In this document: positions 32,794 through 46,274 of the stretch, piece after piece
Layout of the letters: each line of letters opens with the position of its first letter
Numbering within the stretch: position 1 is the stretch's first letter
From: Paraphysomonas bandaiensis
Taxonomy: Eukaryota > Protista > Chrysophyceae
Reading direction: 5' to 3'
Assembly: GCA_965644295.1 (NCBI GenBank)
Contig: CBFFRP010000125.1
Location: forward strand, 175,005 to 239,004
Length of the DNA stretch: 64,000 nt
Position numbers and translations under genes: made by a program
The notes under the pieces: generated by a model
Told to the model about the DNA's origin: nothing
Database searches by the model: none
The model's input: the letters and a program-made list of their open reading frames with translations, nothing else

Positions 32794-33889
32794 CTAATAA
32801 CGCTTAATTTTGCAGTTGGACCGTATTAGTTTGAATGCCTCCGCATTGTGATAAGGACACCCTGTCTGTGGGTCTACGTATTTTGCAGGCAACCCAGTCA
32901 CAACACATGTCTGTAAGAATAAAATTCAGAGATTAAATACACACAAAGAATGGGTACCTTATGTGAGGGAGGTTCACATGAACGTTTATCAAAGATAGTG
33001 GGCCATCTCGACTCTGCAAAGGTAACAGTATTGTAGGCACCGCGGCGTGATAGTAGCGTCGTCTTATCTGTAGCAGGGCCCTTGCTCACCCTGTCGCTCT
33101 TAGCACGCTCCTCCTCAGCAATCTGCTGACTCGTCAACCATTTGGCATTTGTCACCTGAAATCATATTCTGAGTAAGGCGCTGCAGGTAAACTCTTTCGC
33201 AAACAACTATTCCGTCTACTACGTACCTCTGTGTCCAGGGCCTCGAGTAACAAGTCTTTCTGAGTAAACTCTCTCTTAGGAAGTGGTGGACGAGGAGTTG
33301 TCTTGGGCTTTGCAGATTGTGCTTCTTTCCTTGCACTTTCTTGAGCAGCTGTTTTTGATTGAGTGGAGTGTCGCAACTTCATCGCGATCACATCAGCCGA
33401 CCCTGCACTCTCAACACGTCTCGCTTTAGGCTTCACAGCCTTTGCTATATCAAAAGGAATCATCAATTAACACTACATCAACACAAACCTACGTTTCGTA
33501 AAAGTTGCTCGAGGAACGGGCTCTCGATAGGTGTTTCTCTTATCCACCTAACACACAAAGTCAACATATCGACGAACACACAATCATTCACACCCAATCA
33601 TACAACACATATGCGAATATACAACTAAAAGTAACCCCACCTTCTTCCTCTTTTCGGCCCGCTTCAACTCACCCTCTTCATCGTCACTGCTCTCATCGTC
33701 TTCACTCTCGTTGAAATCCGAGTCGAAAACATCCGGCTTGACCTCCTCTTCGGAATACGACTCCGCCCCACTACTGTCCTCGTCATCCCTCCACACGTCA
33801 TGTTCCCAGAACGCCTTATCTTTCTCTAAATCCTCACCAACTAATTCGTTTATTCTCTTTCCTCGTGTAGCGCGCTTTCCGATTATCAT
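32794..33889 (-). CDS. VPS72: Vps72/YL1 (SWR1 complex H2A.Z chaperone), multi-exon
   Basis: KRATRGKRINELVGE..acidic tract DVFDSDFNESE; FTQKDLLLEALDTE; YL1_C CVVTGLPAKYVDPQTGCPYHNAEAFK. Confidence 0.9.
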
Positions 33890-34094
33890 TGTGCACTGTA
33901 TTATGCACTCTTAAGTTGTACAGCACTAAATCAGGCCAATATATTTCACGCCACAAAGAGTAAGATATATCCGGATGCTAAGGAAAGGTAAACTCATGCA
34001 GCATACACTTGAGTTGGTCGTCCGCCACTGTAAAATACAAGAATTAATTGTTGGATGTGGTATTCCTCTAAATATTATTGCAACAACTTCTTTT

Positions 34095-34618
34095 ATACAT
34101 ACATACATACATACATACATACATACAAACATACATACATACATACATACATACATACATACATACATACATACATACATACATACATACATACATACAT
34201 ACATACATACATACATACATACAAACATACATACATACATACATACATACATACATACATACATACATACATACATACATACATACATACATACATACAT
34301 ACATACATACATACATACATACATACATACATACATACATACATACATACATACATACATACATACATACATACATACATACATACATACATACATACAA
34401 ACATACATACATACATACATACATACATACATACATACATACATACATACATACATACATACATACATACATACATACATACATACATACATACATACAT
34501 ACATACATACATACATACATACATACATACATACATACATACATACATACATACATACATACATACATACATACATACATACATACATACATACATACAT
34601 ACATACATACATACATAC

Positions 34619-34649
<31 letters not shown>

Positions 34650-34711
34650 CATACATACATACATACATACATACATACATACATACATACATACATACAT
34701 ACATACATACA

Positions 34712-34745
<34 letters not shown>

Positions 34746-34752
34746 CATACAT
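34095..34752. repeat. (CATA)n microsatellite, ~650 bp
   Basis: Direct reading. Confidence 0.99.
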
Positions 34753-34826
34753 GGAAGAAAGTAAGTTGGTGTATCGATCACTTCTCTGTTACATTGTGGG
34801 GGTACGTAGTTATTTTATCTGGAGGG

Positions 34827-35129
34827 ATGAATATTATTAGTCGGACCAGTAGTAGGGTTTTAGTGCGGAAGTCGCCTTCTGTGCAGTTCAGGGCACTGCC
34901 TCTGTTCAAATTGCAATTAAGGCACCACATTATTTCGCCTACCCCCACTGCTATAATGGATTCAAAGTTGAAAGCAAAGGGAGTAGATGATGACGAGGAA
35001 GATATGGAAGATATGTTTGTTCAAGGTCCTATGGGCGTTGAATGGGGAGGTCCTACACGAGGCGGCCGTCGTCCTGAACCTACCAGATATGGCGATTGGG
35101 AGAGGAAAGGGCGCGCAACTGATTTTTAG
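34827..35129 (+). CDS. SDHAF4: Succinate dehydrogenase assembly factor 4 (Sdh8/DUF1674)
   Basis: C-terminal EWGGP..EPTRYGDWERKGRATDF signature; Arg/Ser-rich presequence-like N-terminus. Confidence 0.9.
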   Translation: MNIISRTSSRVLVRKSPSVQFRALPLFKLQLRHHIISPTPTAIMDSKLKAKGVDDDEEDMEDMFVQGPMGVEWGGPTRGGRRPEPTRYGDWERKGRATDF

Positions 35130-35497
35130 ATTATATTTAACAGCAGATCGATTTAGTTATTAATGTTAGTTAAATAAACATATTTATGACGTATATTTAT
35201 AACCTTATTGCAATCGGCGTAGTAAATATGGAATTGTGGGCTGACGGTTTTAATATATATGTGTGGTAGTGTATCTAAGTATGTAGAATGGCATAGTCCC
35301 CTTTCTTAATTAATAGGCTTCCTAGTCATATTTGTCAAACTGAAGGCAATACTATTGGTAGCTTGTCTGAGTGGTGTCAATACTGTTGCAATAGCAAAAC
35401 CCAGCTTCAGGAGTGCGTTTACGAAAAACCACTCTTATAGTATTCAGCTCCTGTATACTTACCTTGCATATAGTTTTATCATCACCAACCTCATGCA

Positions 35498-35578
35498 CCT
35501 TGCCATAGAAATCAATGAGCCCTCAGAAATAGTATTATCCTTGCCATAGGAATCAATGAGCCCTCAGAAATAGTATTA
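35498..35578 (+). repeat. 41-bp tandem duplication
   Basis: ccttgccatag(a/g)aatcaatgagccctcagaaatagtatta twice. Confidence 0.9.
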
Positions 35579-35944
35579 ACCACAATCGGGTTCAACAGAA
35601 CGCTCATACCAGAACCGAGCAAATATAAAAAATTAGAGATTTAAATTCAATATTCGGTTCGAACAGAAACAGTATTCCATCTTATATATGATAGTGACAA
35701 ACAGGATTTTTTGTCTCATTTTATACACACAGCATTCTAATCAGGTGCACTAGCAAGTGTTAAGCGCGATGTACATAAATGTGATAATGATGCCAGTGCG
35801 ACTACAATTTTTCACATTCATCGTCACATTTATATACAAATTTGAATACCTCGCAGTTGCTATTCCCTCAGTATTCTTCCATGGTAGGGGTATTTGCTGT
35901 AGCCATATTATAGAAATTTGTTGCAAGGGGCACAAGTCGGTTTC

Positions 35945-36350
35945 ATTTGTTGTGCAGATGTCTTTGGGTCTTGACGAATAAACAGTCAAGCATCCAGGAA
36001 CGGGCCCACCTGAAGGGCATCCAGGATTTTGGGGTGCCTGCTGTAGTCTAGCATTCGGGATAAGTTCATCACTTTAAGGATCCAAAAATTCGGAAGACAG
36101 CACATACATGTCTTCAGCAGGTGCATATCAATATTCTGCTCCCTCAGCAACGTCGGACTCGCACCTTTTAGTAGTGTTCTGGGGGATAAGTGCCGGAGAT
36201 ATTTCTCCGGGAAACTAATGTGAGCCGCATTTGTAGCCTGCAGATAGCGTTCTACCCACTCATAGCCGAGTGCCACTCTAATCAGTTTCCTTGTGTAGAC
36301 GTCTTTGGGCCCTGGCTAATAAACAGCCATCCAGGAATGGGCCCACCGGA
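35945..36350 (+). mobile_element. Permuted SINE/SIDE-like copy D (middle segment followed by the 5' head)
   Basis: 35945-36135 matches the middle of copies A-C; the head CCCTCAGCAACGTCGGACTCGCACC restarts at ~36140. Confidence 0.75.
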
Positions 36351-36424
36351 AAGGTATTCTACTTGCTCACTGCATTTGCTTTGCGTGATTGATGCCGAGT
36401 AGAGATTCGCATTATTTTGCACCA

Positions 36425-36520
36425 TTGTGGCCAATGACCGATGTAATGCGTCAAACTTTCCTCATGGGTCCGTGCAGTGGCAACATGACTAGACCTGTTA
36501 CATATGTCTTTCCACACGCC
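36425..36520 (-). repeat. Dispersed ~95-bp repeat, other copy at 40795-40890(+)
   Basis: Shared ttgccact..cacggacccatgaggaaagt(t)tgacgcattacat.ggtca.tggccaca. Confidence 0.8.
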
Positions 36521-37139
36521 TTGGTTTATTCTGACAAGGATCTGTCATGGAAATATTAACAAGGATCTGGCACTGTTTTCCAAGCAGTAACAGGTACATT
36601 TGTGTGACAACTAGATTAGGAAAGATCGTACAATTATATCATACATTATACTAGTTCCTATCTAGTTCACATCATTTTAATTTCTATTTACAAACTCTAA
36701 CCGTTTTTTAGAGAGATGAGCATACTGATGTTAACCGCGTTTACAAATGCGTTCACCACTTTATTGAGAAGTGAGAAGCAAGTAAATAGCGCTCTATACA
36801 TATCGATATCGAGGTAAAATGTATGACGTATGACTGCAAGCTCCTACGATGGGGGAGACCGTACTTAAATTCCAGTCACCAGCCAGTTATAAAAGAAAAA
36901 AGCAGCACTGGACAAGTTAAAATTCATAATTTATAATACATAAGTCATTAATGGAAATTACTACTAGCACTACGGGTAAGTTATACTAAAATAGCTTGCA
37001 TATATCACATCAGGTAAAATAAGACGTCGCTAGAAACATGACACGTGTAGCAATGAATCCGAATAAGAATAAATAGAAAAAATTCCAGGAAAAATACCGT
37101 ACATACAGGCTGAAACGGAGAAACAGGGCCAGAATAAAA

Positions 37140-37698
37140 CTATCGTACACGCATGCCTGTCAGCCTGTTGCCACAGAGTGGTGGTTGATCAGTTATCCAC
37201 TCTACTGCTGCATGCTCAAACGCGTCACTAAAACTCATTTCATCAGGAGATGTACCAGGAGCATACGCCATGGTTAATAAACCTTCTTGGCGTCCACTCT
37301 CCGGCATTACTGAAATTATTTTGGGCGGAGAAGCAAAGCTACCAGTGTACATAGCATTGTTGTTCGACTGGATGACCACAGAAATACCACACCTAATACA
37401 AGTATATCATCACCCCAAAGGAAATTGTATCAAGCACACACCTTGTCCGCACGGTACAAGTGTCATTGGAGTCCAACTTGAGGTTAGATTCTTTCAGTCT
37501 GTCAAGGAAAGACGCCAAGTTTTCCTTATCAGTAGCCGACTCCAAGAAATGAGTCAAGCGATATCCTCTCGGGCTTGAGAATGACCCTAAAATATTATTG
37601 CATGCATAAGTGCTATAGACGATTACTGCATTCGCTCCAGTAAGTGCAATGAGATTGCCACGATATAGCACACGAGCAGCCGGACGAAACTCGCTCAT
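37140..37698 (-). CDS. Hypothetical protein, probably 3 exons
   Basis: Two ORFs joinable through short GT-AG introns; no recognised motif. Confidence 0.55.
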
Positions 37699-38340
37699 TA
37701 TGCTCAACCAGATTCGTACACTACACTACTGGGTTCGATAGATCGTACGATCTGGTATAAAAGTAATATAGTGGGTGAATATAATTCAACACCGAAGACG
37801 ACTGGTTAAGGTGTTCGAAGAATACTACAAATGAATACACCTATAATTGTGTGGGATTGGAATGACAGGCATTCTCCATCCACCAACATTTACTGCGATC
37901 TAGATCTAAAAAAAGTCTAGAGCATTGTTTTTTTTAATATGGAGTATATACGATTCGTAGTATACTGCTGTGTGTACATATGTACGAATATGCTGCTGTA
38001 GAATGCTGTAGTCCAATGATATAGGCAGCGTATCTCATCCGTATGCATCTTATTTTTCGGGAATAAAATGAAGCAAAAATAGTCTATATAACTGCAGTAT
38101 AACTATGGCTGGAATACACATAATTGTTGTCTCAATATTAGAGGCATCTTTGAACAAAAATATACGAAGGATGCCGATACGTCTGCTGTAGACAGAGCAG
38201 AGGTTGAGATCGCAACACAACAGTGCGGCATAATATCCACGTCCACTGTAAGCTCACGATACGGATAAGGAGTGCTGTGCACTAAAATTATTTACTAATT
38301 TCCAGACTAGAATAAGAAAGTTCATCTATCCACTGCCTCA

Positions 38341-39381
38341 ATGATTTGTGTTCTTTCTCCTGCGAAAACGATGATTCGTGCTTCCGATCTCCCAAGTCTC
38401 TGTCTCCCAGATAGATCCGTTCCAGCGCTCCTAGAACAAGCCCAGATGGTGGGGAGAGTATTGAAAGCGAAGACGAAAAAGGAGCTCAAGACACTTTGTG
38501 GTGTATCCGATAATTTATCGTCTCATGTGAAGAGCTTGTGCGATAATTTTGTGTTTTTCTCGGATGTCAAAACCGCAACCACTGACATATGTGAGCGTGA
38601 TAAAGAGCACTTCAATCAGGCCGCCCTCATGTTCAATGGTCCTGCATTTCAAGGTCTTGATGCCAAAAGTCTGTCAGGAAATGATGCTTTCCTTTTACAG
38701 AAGCATTTGCGCATTCTCACAGGTCTCTATGGGCCTGTACGTCCGGCTGACTTCATTCAAGAACATCGACTGTGTATGGGTACCAAGCTGGAAGTAAATG
38801 GCGAGAAGGATTTATATTCGTTTTGGCGAGATAGTATAGCTAATGAAATTGTAGCGGACCTAATGGCCCAACAAGAGCAAATTAACACGAAAAGGAAAAA
38901 AAGTAAGGGAAATAGCTCTATGGAACATGTACCATCTCCATTACTACTCATCAATTGTGCCTCTCAAGAGTATTTTAAATCCATCTCCCCACACCTCCCA
39001 TCTGAAGTAGGAGTAGAACGAACTATACCTTTGCGTATAGTTGAATGTGTTTTTCTCGACGGTGGGATGATCAAGTCCGCATTTGCTAAACGTGCTCGAG
39101 GCCTGATGGCCCGTTATGTATGTATTCACGGTGATGTTATTTCATGTGGTAGCGATGAAGCTGTTGATAAAATTAAAGAATTTGATTATGAGGGGTACAG
39201 CTTCAGTGAGCGTGATAGTACTTCCGACAGATTGGTGTTCACTCGAGCGAAACCTCCATCCTCGGCGGCAACAAAAGCTTCGAATTACAAAATGGAGAAG
39301 TCTACTGCAGGTGAAGGCCGAGGGGCCAAGAGACAGGCAACGAAGGTAGCAAATGAAAAGCGAAAATTGACGAAGCGGTAA
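38341..39381 (+). CDS. yaaA: YaaA/DUF328 peroxide stress protein (intronless)
   Basis: VLSPAKTM, AALMFNGPAFQGLDA, HLRILTGLYGPVRPAD.IQEHRL.MGTKL, INCASQEYFKS, AKRARGLMARY. Confidence 0.93.
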   Translation: MICVLSPAKTMIRASDLPSLCLPDRSVPALLEQAQMVGRVLKAKTKKELKTLCGVSDNLSSHVKSLCDNFVFFSDVKTATTDICERDKEHFNQAALMFNGPAFQGLDAKSLSGNDAFLLQKHLRILTGLYGPVRPADFIQEHRLCMGTKLEVNGEKDLYSFWRDSIANEIVADLMAQQEQINTKRKKSKGNSSMEHVPSPLLLINCASQEYFKSISPHLPSEVGVERTIPLRIVECVFLDGGMIKSAFAKRARGLMARYVCIHGDVISCGSDEAVDKIKEFDYEGYSFSERDSTSDRLVFTRAKPPSSAATKASNYKMEKSTAGEGRGAKRQATKVANEKRKLTKR

Positions 39382-40916
39382 AATATGAAACATATAAAAC
39401 TTTAAAATTGCTATTCAAGCTGATTGGGTGCTTACTTTCATGGCTCAGTAGCTACAATAGCTATAAGTGATTGCGCCTGAAGTATGATTTGTAGTCTTGA
39501 CAGTTGTATCTAACATGAAATGTTTTACGTATTAGAGAATATACCATGTGGGTACATACAAGTGTAGTAGTAAGCATTGAGTATAGTCCTGTGTACTGTG
39601 TACCTGATGGCTTACTAATTACGAATGGACTTTGATTACAAGTTTAAATATTCCTTATCAAATATGAAGAAAAGTACAATTCAAGATGGCAAGGGACATA
39701 ATTTTACAGACCTCGACTTTTAATGCAAACGTTATGAGTAATGAACACAGCAATGTAAAACGTGAATAACGACGTATAACAATGTCATAACAACTATCAC
39801 ACGTGCAACGGAACAATTTGATATGATTTGTCTGTCAATGACGATCGTTATAATGACGATCATTAATCCTCAACAGATACTATCATTAATTCAGTTTTTG
39901 TGATAATATAATATTTCATTGAACAATATAATTCACTATCGTATTATAATATATATTAAGATGGATCTCTATAATATCAGTTGAGTAGGAACAAATGGAA
40001 ACCTTAATAAATAGGCTTAAAATGACACAGTCTGGTGAGAGGTATATTATACTCAAAAATAATAATTATTGATCAAAAGCGTCAAATTTTGGCATTTTAA
40101 AATTAATTGACTTCAATAATTTATGTTATAGCTTTCTTTACTATAGAGTCTCAAACCGAAAGATGCCGATTTTCACGCAGATACATCAACATTTATTTCA
40201 AGGTGTCAATAATGTGTCATTCGCTTCTTGCAAATATCCGCCATAACAATCATCGTAACGTCTAAAAACAACCTCTCACGAACAATATTCACACTACTAT
40301 ACTTGCTGCCTCCTCTCTGTGTGTTTGTTGAATATATATATGCAATCAAATATTATGACCGATGCAGAGGTTGCTCAGTTTGTTCTATATGCTAACAATA
40401 TAATTTAACATGTCTTTACTCTTATGTACTAAAGTTAAAGTGTATACAGACCCTTATACTGTCAAAAAATTATTACTATTAATAATGAAGTAAGTGCTCA
40501 TACCTTCAAATTCTTCTATGCTAACAGATAATGGGTTTGTACCTCTGATCAGTAGGTATAATTTTTATGATACTATTTTTATACAGTATATTATATATAT
40601 ATATTATGCTCTATAATTAACCCACCTACTAATTTCAATTTACTGACAATATTCAAGGTAGTGTTCACAGCAGCAGAGGAGAGGTGTAGTCTAGAGGGTA
40701 GAGTAGAGTAGCTCTAGCTCCGGATTCTCCCACGATCATGAAGTGGTCTCACACTGGCCAGGGTCAAAAGAAACCAAGACTAGACAGCAGTAGACTTGTG
40801 GAATGACATATATTACACGTCTAATCATATTGCCACTCTGCCACGGACCCATGAGGAAAGTTGACGCATTACATTGGTCACTGGCCACATATAGAGGTGC
40901 CACAAATAGACCTGTG

Positions 40917-41143
40917 CTAAAAGAAGTTGAAGTTAGAGTAGATTAGAGAATGCTTCCTTCCGGCCTGCTACCAGAAAGGATTAATATCAAGCGATGGGCT
41001 TCTATATTTCAGGCTCTGCTCAAGTGGTTGCGTATAAGATATATCCTGTATCAAGAACCAAAGGCCACTAGATGTAGTGACTGGTATGGTTCCTACTGAT
41101 CAACAGAATTTCGATATCACCGCCCTTGTAGACAACTTGAGAA
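40917..41143 (+). repeat. Dispersed repeat family, also at 48263-48410(+) and 48710-48890(-)
   Basis: Shared aatgcttcctt..ctgctacc.gaaaggattaat..agtggttgcgtataaga..atcctgta..ggttcctactg..gcccttgtagac. Confidence 0.8.
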
Positions 41144-42156
41144 AAGCATATATCTAATTCATATGTCAATGTCTGTTCAGCGCAGCTAGACTTATTATCT
41201 CAGTACTTGCTGCGCAAAAATTGCATCCTACTACACTTAATATAATGATGTTGCTTGTAAAAGCTGATCGACACTTGTGACCGGATGCATATTTCAATTA
41301 GTTTTGAATAAATGTGGTGATAATAACATCACCAATGATGTCTCAGAGAATGAGTAGGAGACAAGTTGTGACTAGCTAAGCTGCAAGTAGTCTTTATCTG
41401 GCAGCGTAGTAGTTTGGGTTATCATGTAACTAGTATTAAGTATTAAAGAATACGGAATCTACTCAAGTGGTTAATTACTGAATGACGATACTACGTTATT
41501 GCAATATTATGCGGCGTAATAACGGCATTAATATTATTGGTGAGACTCTATCTAACAACTAATAATAATTTTTGCAATATATTCTTCCCTAGCCTTGGGT
41601 AAAACCCACTCATAGTTGTAACAGCTGAATATACCTATAGAGGAAGTAAATTCAGTTACTGATATAATACTATATATAATATATAGGACTGAATGATGAA
41701 CATGATGATAAGCAGATGTTAATGTGAAAAGATGTTCACCAGATGTTACATAAATGTGATATAAAGTGTTTAGTATTATTATTAATAGTTATAATTCTTT
41801 CTTTGAAGTACATTGTGTGCAACAAAGCAAGTATAGATCGGCTGAAAAGGTGTTCACACATGTATTGATAGTACAAGCTAAATGACTCATTCGTGAAAGA
41901 TCACTCTGCGGACTACTCTTTCGCTAATTTTCATCACACGTCGAGATACCTTTCATCTATAATATCCTTCATAGATCATAGACCGCATAGATATGACATT
42001 TTAATTTCTAGTTCCTATGGGTACCAAATATGGTTGTGCAAACATCAGTAGCTATAGAGTGCTCCCCCGTATTCTACCATTACAAAGCGACCTGTAAACT
42101 AAAAAATCATATAATGAGTAGCTGGAATTCATTACAATTGCAGTACATTCTATAAG

Positions 42157-43184
42157 TTAAATCTGAAAGGTGAACGCATCCTCTCTGTCAAGCATATCCA
42201 GAAATCTTGCGACACCATCTTCGTCGTTGCTCCACTACCCGTATACAAACAATTAGGTACTCCAGGCCAAAATACTTTTCTCACCTCCATCACAACATCA
42301 GCGGCCTGCTTCGTACGATACTTCGCGTTATTCATCGCAACACCAAGTCCGGCGTACTGCAGAAACTCTATATCATTTTCACCATCCCCGAAAGCAACAA
42401 CGGCTTCCAGAGGTACATGATAGTGGTTACAAAGTTGAAGCAAACCATTACCTTTACATGTGTTGGGGGCCAGAAACTCTATGAAAAACGGGGTGGGTGA
42501 TCCATATATTATATGAAACATGTTATCGGGAAAATATTTCTTAGCAGCTTCTACTAGTGAGTCTGCATCTTCTGTCATCAGTAAGATCTTAGCTGCCGGT
42601 GCAATTGCCTTAGCCGTCTCGTAGCTTTCTACTATAGTCTGAGGTTTACCAGTGAACTCTGCATATTGGTCGAGCAACGCTTGATGTGATGCATTCTGTG
42701 GACATGCATATATCTGTCCTGTACTTCCAATGTAGTATTGGGCAACAACACCAATATCAGCGGCGAAATGCAAGAGCGCATCTGAAGAGGTGCGGGGTAT
42801 AGGAGAGTCATATATCATGGATTCTACCCCTATAGAAGTAGATATATCCACCACACAAGCACCATTGAAGCAAACGGCAGGTACAGTGTGCTGCGGAAGA
42901 CATAGAGCATCAATATGTGGTATGACACTGTTGGTACTTCGACCAGTAGCGATGAATACCGACACACCTTTGGCATTCAGTCGCCGTAATGTCGATACTG
43001 TCTTAGTAGAAAGATTGTGAGAGCTGTTTAGTGTGGTCCCATCTAGGTCCAACGCTATTGCACGGAACTGTCTACGTCTTGGCCGCAATAACGGTCTTGC
43101 TACTACGAACAGAGATGCGGACAAAACAAAAATAGCGATAGGAAACATCTTCTCTGCTGCTGGGGAAGGAGAGTCGAAATTCAT
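42157..43184 (-). CDS. Cof-type HAD superfamily hydrolase, 1 intron near the 3' end
   Basis: ALDLDGTTLN, IATGR, CKGNG, AFGDGENDIEFLQYAGLGVAMNNA; last exon WSNDEDGVARFL. Confidence 0.93.
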
Positions 43185-43239
43185 AAGGACGGATATTTTG
43201 CAGAGTACGCTGAACAGCTTGAATTTTATACCTTAAGCA

Positions 43240-44336
43240 ACAGTGAAGCACGTCATGTATGTATCAATGCACAGACCGTGGAATGAAGTTAGTTTGGTTG
43301 CTTCATGTGGCAAGGTGAGAAGGGTTTTTTTTAATGATGGCCCACATGTTAATGTATACCGCCGTATATGGAGTATAATACAATGTTTCTCAGCTGGGAG
43401 TGATGCGACAAGTTGCATCAACTGGAAGTGGTTCCCCTTTAGATGATTACGTCAAGCGAACGGTGTCGCCTTATGCCTGGTACGTGTATCACTGGTGCAA
43501 CTGGGTGGTTATGGATGGTCTACCTTTTTCTTTTGTCGAGGGGGATACTCCAACGGAAGATATATATATGGAACAACCTTAATGAGGTATTTGGAGGAGA
43601 TTCACGAAGTGGTCGCTAATATCATTAAGGAAATGTTACCGAGCATATTTGGTTTAGTTGTTGACGGAGTTGTGCTGGGGCACACTATTTTGCTGCGTTT
43701 GCTGTTTGGACTACAGGAGATGTTGTGCCACAAGTGTTGCTATGTTGTGGAGTTCAAGATAAAGAATGGGATTGGACTTCAATTGTGTTGAGTTTATTTC
43801 TGGTGGAAGCACTGCTTGTAACCCGAAAATAGGTACAATTTGATGATTTAATTCGTCAGTTCTCTGGGATGAAATTCCACCTGGGTGCAGACGCGGACTT
43901 TGTTCAAAATGCAGATTTTGAAAAGCAGTAGCCAAAATTCAGCGTGATAGAGAAGTAGAATTGAACCGTGTTGAAAAAAGCTCAGGTGCGACGCTTTTTG
44001 ATAAATGACGCACACGAAGGCTAGCCCGAAGAGGAAGTGGATGATGAGGTAGATGAAGCCATTAGTTTACAAAAGGACAACCGCAAGCGCAAGAAAGTAT
44101 GCATCAAACTGCCAAGACGATATCATTGCATGACGCATTTGTATAGCACTACCAATGTTTGTGAGTGGTTGTTTAACAGAGCTGATATTTTTATGGCTGA
44201 TTTTCGAGAGCTAGTGGCACCTAGACACCTTGAAATATTGATGTTTCTGCGTGCGAATCAGCATCTTTGGGATGAGATTATAGTTCAGAAAGTTATTCTA
44301 AAACAATAATTGCCAATTAATTGTTACGCAAGCCTG
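43240..44336 (+). pseudogene. Degenerate hAT-like transposase with right terminus
   Basis: WCNWVVMDGLPFSFVE, LPSIFGLVVDG, TTNVCEWLFNRA..HLEILMFLRANQHLWD; stops and frameshifts; ends aattgccaattaattgttacgcaagcctg (same end at 9968-9997). Confidence 0.8.
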
Positions 44337-44754
44337 TTTACCTGGTTTACATGTTCACATCATATCATCGATTCATATAGTACTGTTTTCAAAATCTGTG
44401 TTCTTAAACTAACGGTGGTTTCTCGAATAACTTATACAACTTTTAATCGCCTACATATGAGCAAAACTCAATACAGGAAATTAATTGAAACAATAAAGGA
44501 TTACAATTTATTGGGTGGTTTAACCGAACAATCAGAGTACGGCTCATCGCATGAATGATACAGCTTGAAACATCACAACACTCTTTGCATCACAACACTC
44601 TTTGCTAGCTCAGGACTGAAATACGGTAATAGTTATTAAGAGCATGCTTGGCTTATATTTTCTCCTATTCGAATAGAGCGATGGCATAGCACCCTCTGTA
44701 CAATACATATTTCAATGAAATAATTTCATAACTCCTCATTGAGTATGCGTCACT

Positions 44755-45804
44755 TCAATTTCTTTTATTGTCCTGGGATGATGGCTTTACATTCTCTGTT
44801 CTATAAGCAGGGTCTATATCATGCAGAGTATCCTCCGATTCAGGTACAGTTTGACGGGTCCATTGCTGAGCATTGATCTCAGCAAGTGATTGCGTCAGTG
44901 GTATTAATCCATATCCACTTTTGGCACTCACTACATGCACTATCGGAAGACATGCGTGTCGCTTGGGCTTCATTATTTCGAGGAAAGTATTGTTAAGGGT
45001 TTTCCGTAGTTCTATCTGTGTAGGAAGATCCGCTTTAGTGATTATTACTTGATGGGCAATAGCTGATTTTGTGAGGAGCTCCATCATCTGCCCATCCTCG
45101 TCACAAGGACCGCGTCTACTATCGATAAGGATGTACACACGACTACAAACAAACATTATATTACGAAAAATAAAAGCACAGGACAATTTCTCACCGCAAC
45201 ACTGAAATGTCTCGAGATATTAAGAAGTCTTTTATCATCTTGCTCCACTGCTGTCGCTCAGCCTTGGATGCCCGGGCAAACCCATAGCCAGGAAGATCTA
45301 CGAGATAAGCTTTAGCGTGGCCTGTACGCTTCACGAGTCCATAGTAATTTACGCTTCGTGTACATCCTGGCTCCTTTGATGTACGGACTACACGAATCAT
45401 CACATGCCATCTTACACAGACCGTAACTACATACCTATCTTTGAGTTGCCAAGAAGGCAATTAATCAAACTTGATTTTCCTACATTAGATCTATTGAATC
45501 TTTATTAAGCGTTAAGTTATAATACCAATCTGATATACCGTCCGATAAAGGCATACTCGGGTATATAATCCTTGGGCAATTCGTAGTTAAAATCCTTAGG
45601 TGAGATGTACTTACTATCCAACGAAAATAATCTTGAGGCATCTGCGGCCCAAGAGGAATAATCGAAATTAGGATTCAACAAGCTTATCGTGAATATTGAT
45701 TCAGTTCGAGTCGGTGCGAGTTTCCAATCGTTAGTTGTCTTGAATCTTTTGAAAAGCTTTCCTATTACCTGTTGTATGACGCGAGGTCCACGAGCTGTTA
45801 TCAT
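44755..45804 (-). CDS. engB: EngB/YihA (YsxC)-family GTPase, multi-exon
   Basis: PEYAFIGR|SNVGKSSLIN, TSKEPGCTRSVN, LVDLPGYGFA, LIDSRRG, ITKAD, VSAKSGYG. Confidence 0.92.
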
Positions 45805-46274
45805 ATTCAGACAAGTGTACTAGCGTCAAATGCACCGTTCACCCCAGGAAAGCTACTTCAAGATGAAGTGGAATAACTGTACGCACCAGACGCCATTTGA
45901 TGATGGAATAAACTTACTTGTTGTGTCATTTATGGTTTAATTGGCCAGACTCACCCCACAAAAAACAGAACACAAGACGAATAGCCAATTCCTACAGATG
46001 TGTGCAATTATACGTACTCCGTTATCATGGTACTCCAGTACTCCAGGACTCCAGTTCTCCATGTGTCCATGTACATGAAAAAACAGCTTTAAAAAAACTC
46101 TGTACACAGGTACACTGCAGCAGTACAAGTATGTTCACATGTACACCACTGCCAGCAGGTGATGTTCAAAAAATTATTAGGCAATAACGCAATAACGGTT
46201 CCATCCAGCTTCTCTTAAGTGCTGCGACGACGAAGAGTCACTCAGAAGCATTAAGTTTGATTGTTTATATTATT

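Noticed and set aside
33926-34840. Long MYVC/HTYI ORFs in six frames (also 56725-57631 and 61892-62209)
   Set aside because: Translation of stop-free tetranucleotide microsatellites
36425-36500. Possible HDV L3-like TCCTCAT in a dispersed repeat
   Set aside because: No compatible P1, P2 or J4/2 could be built
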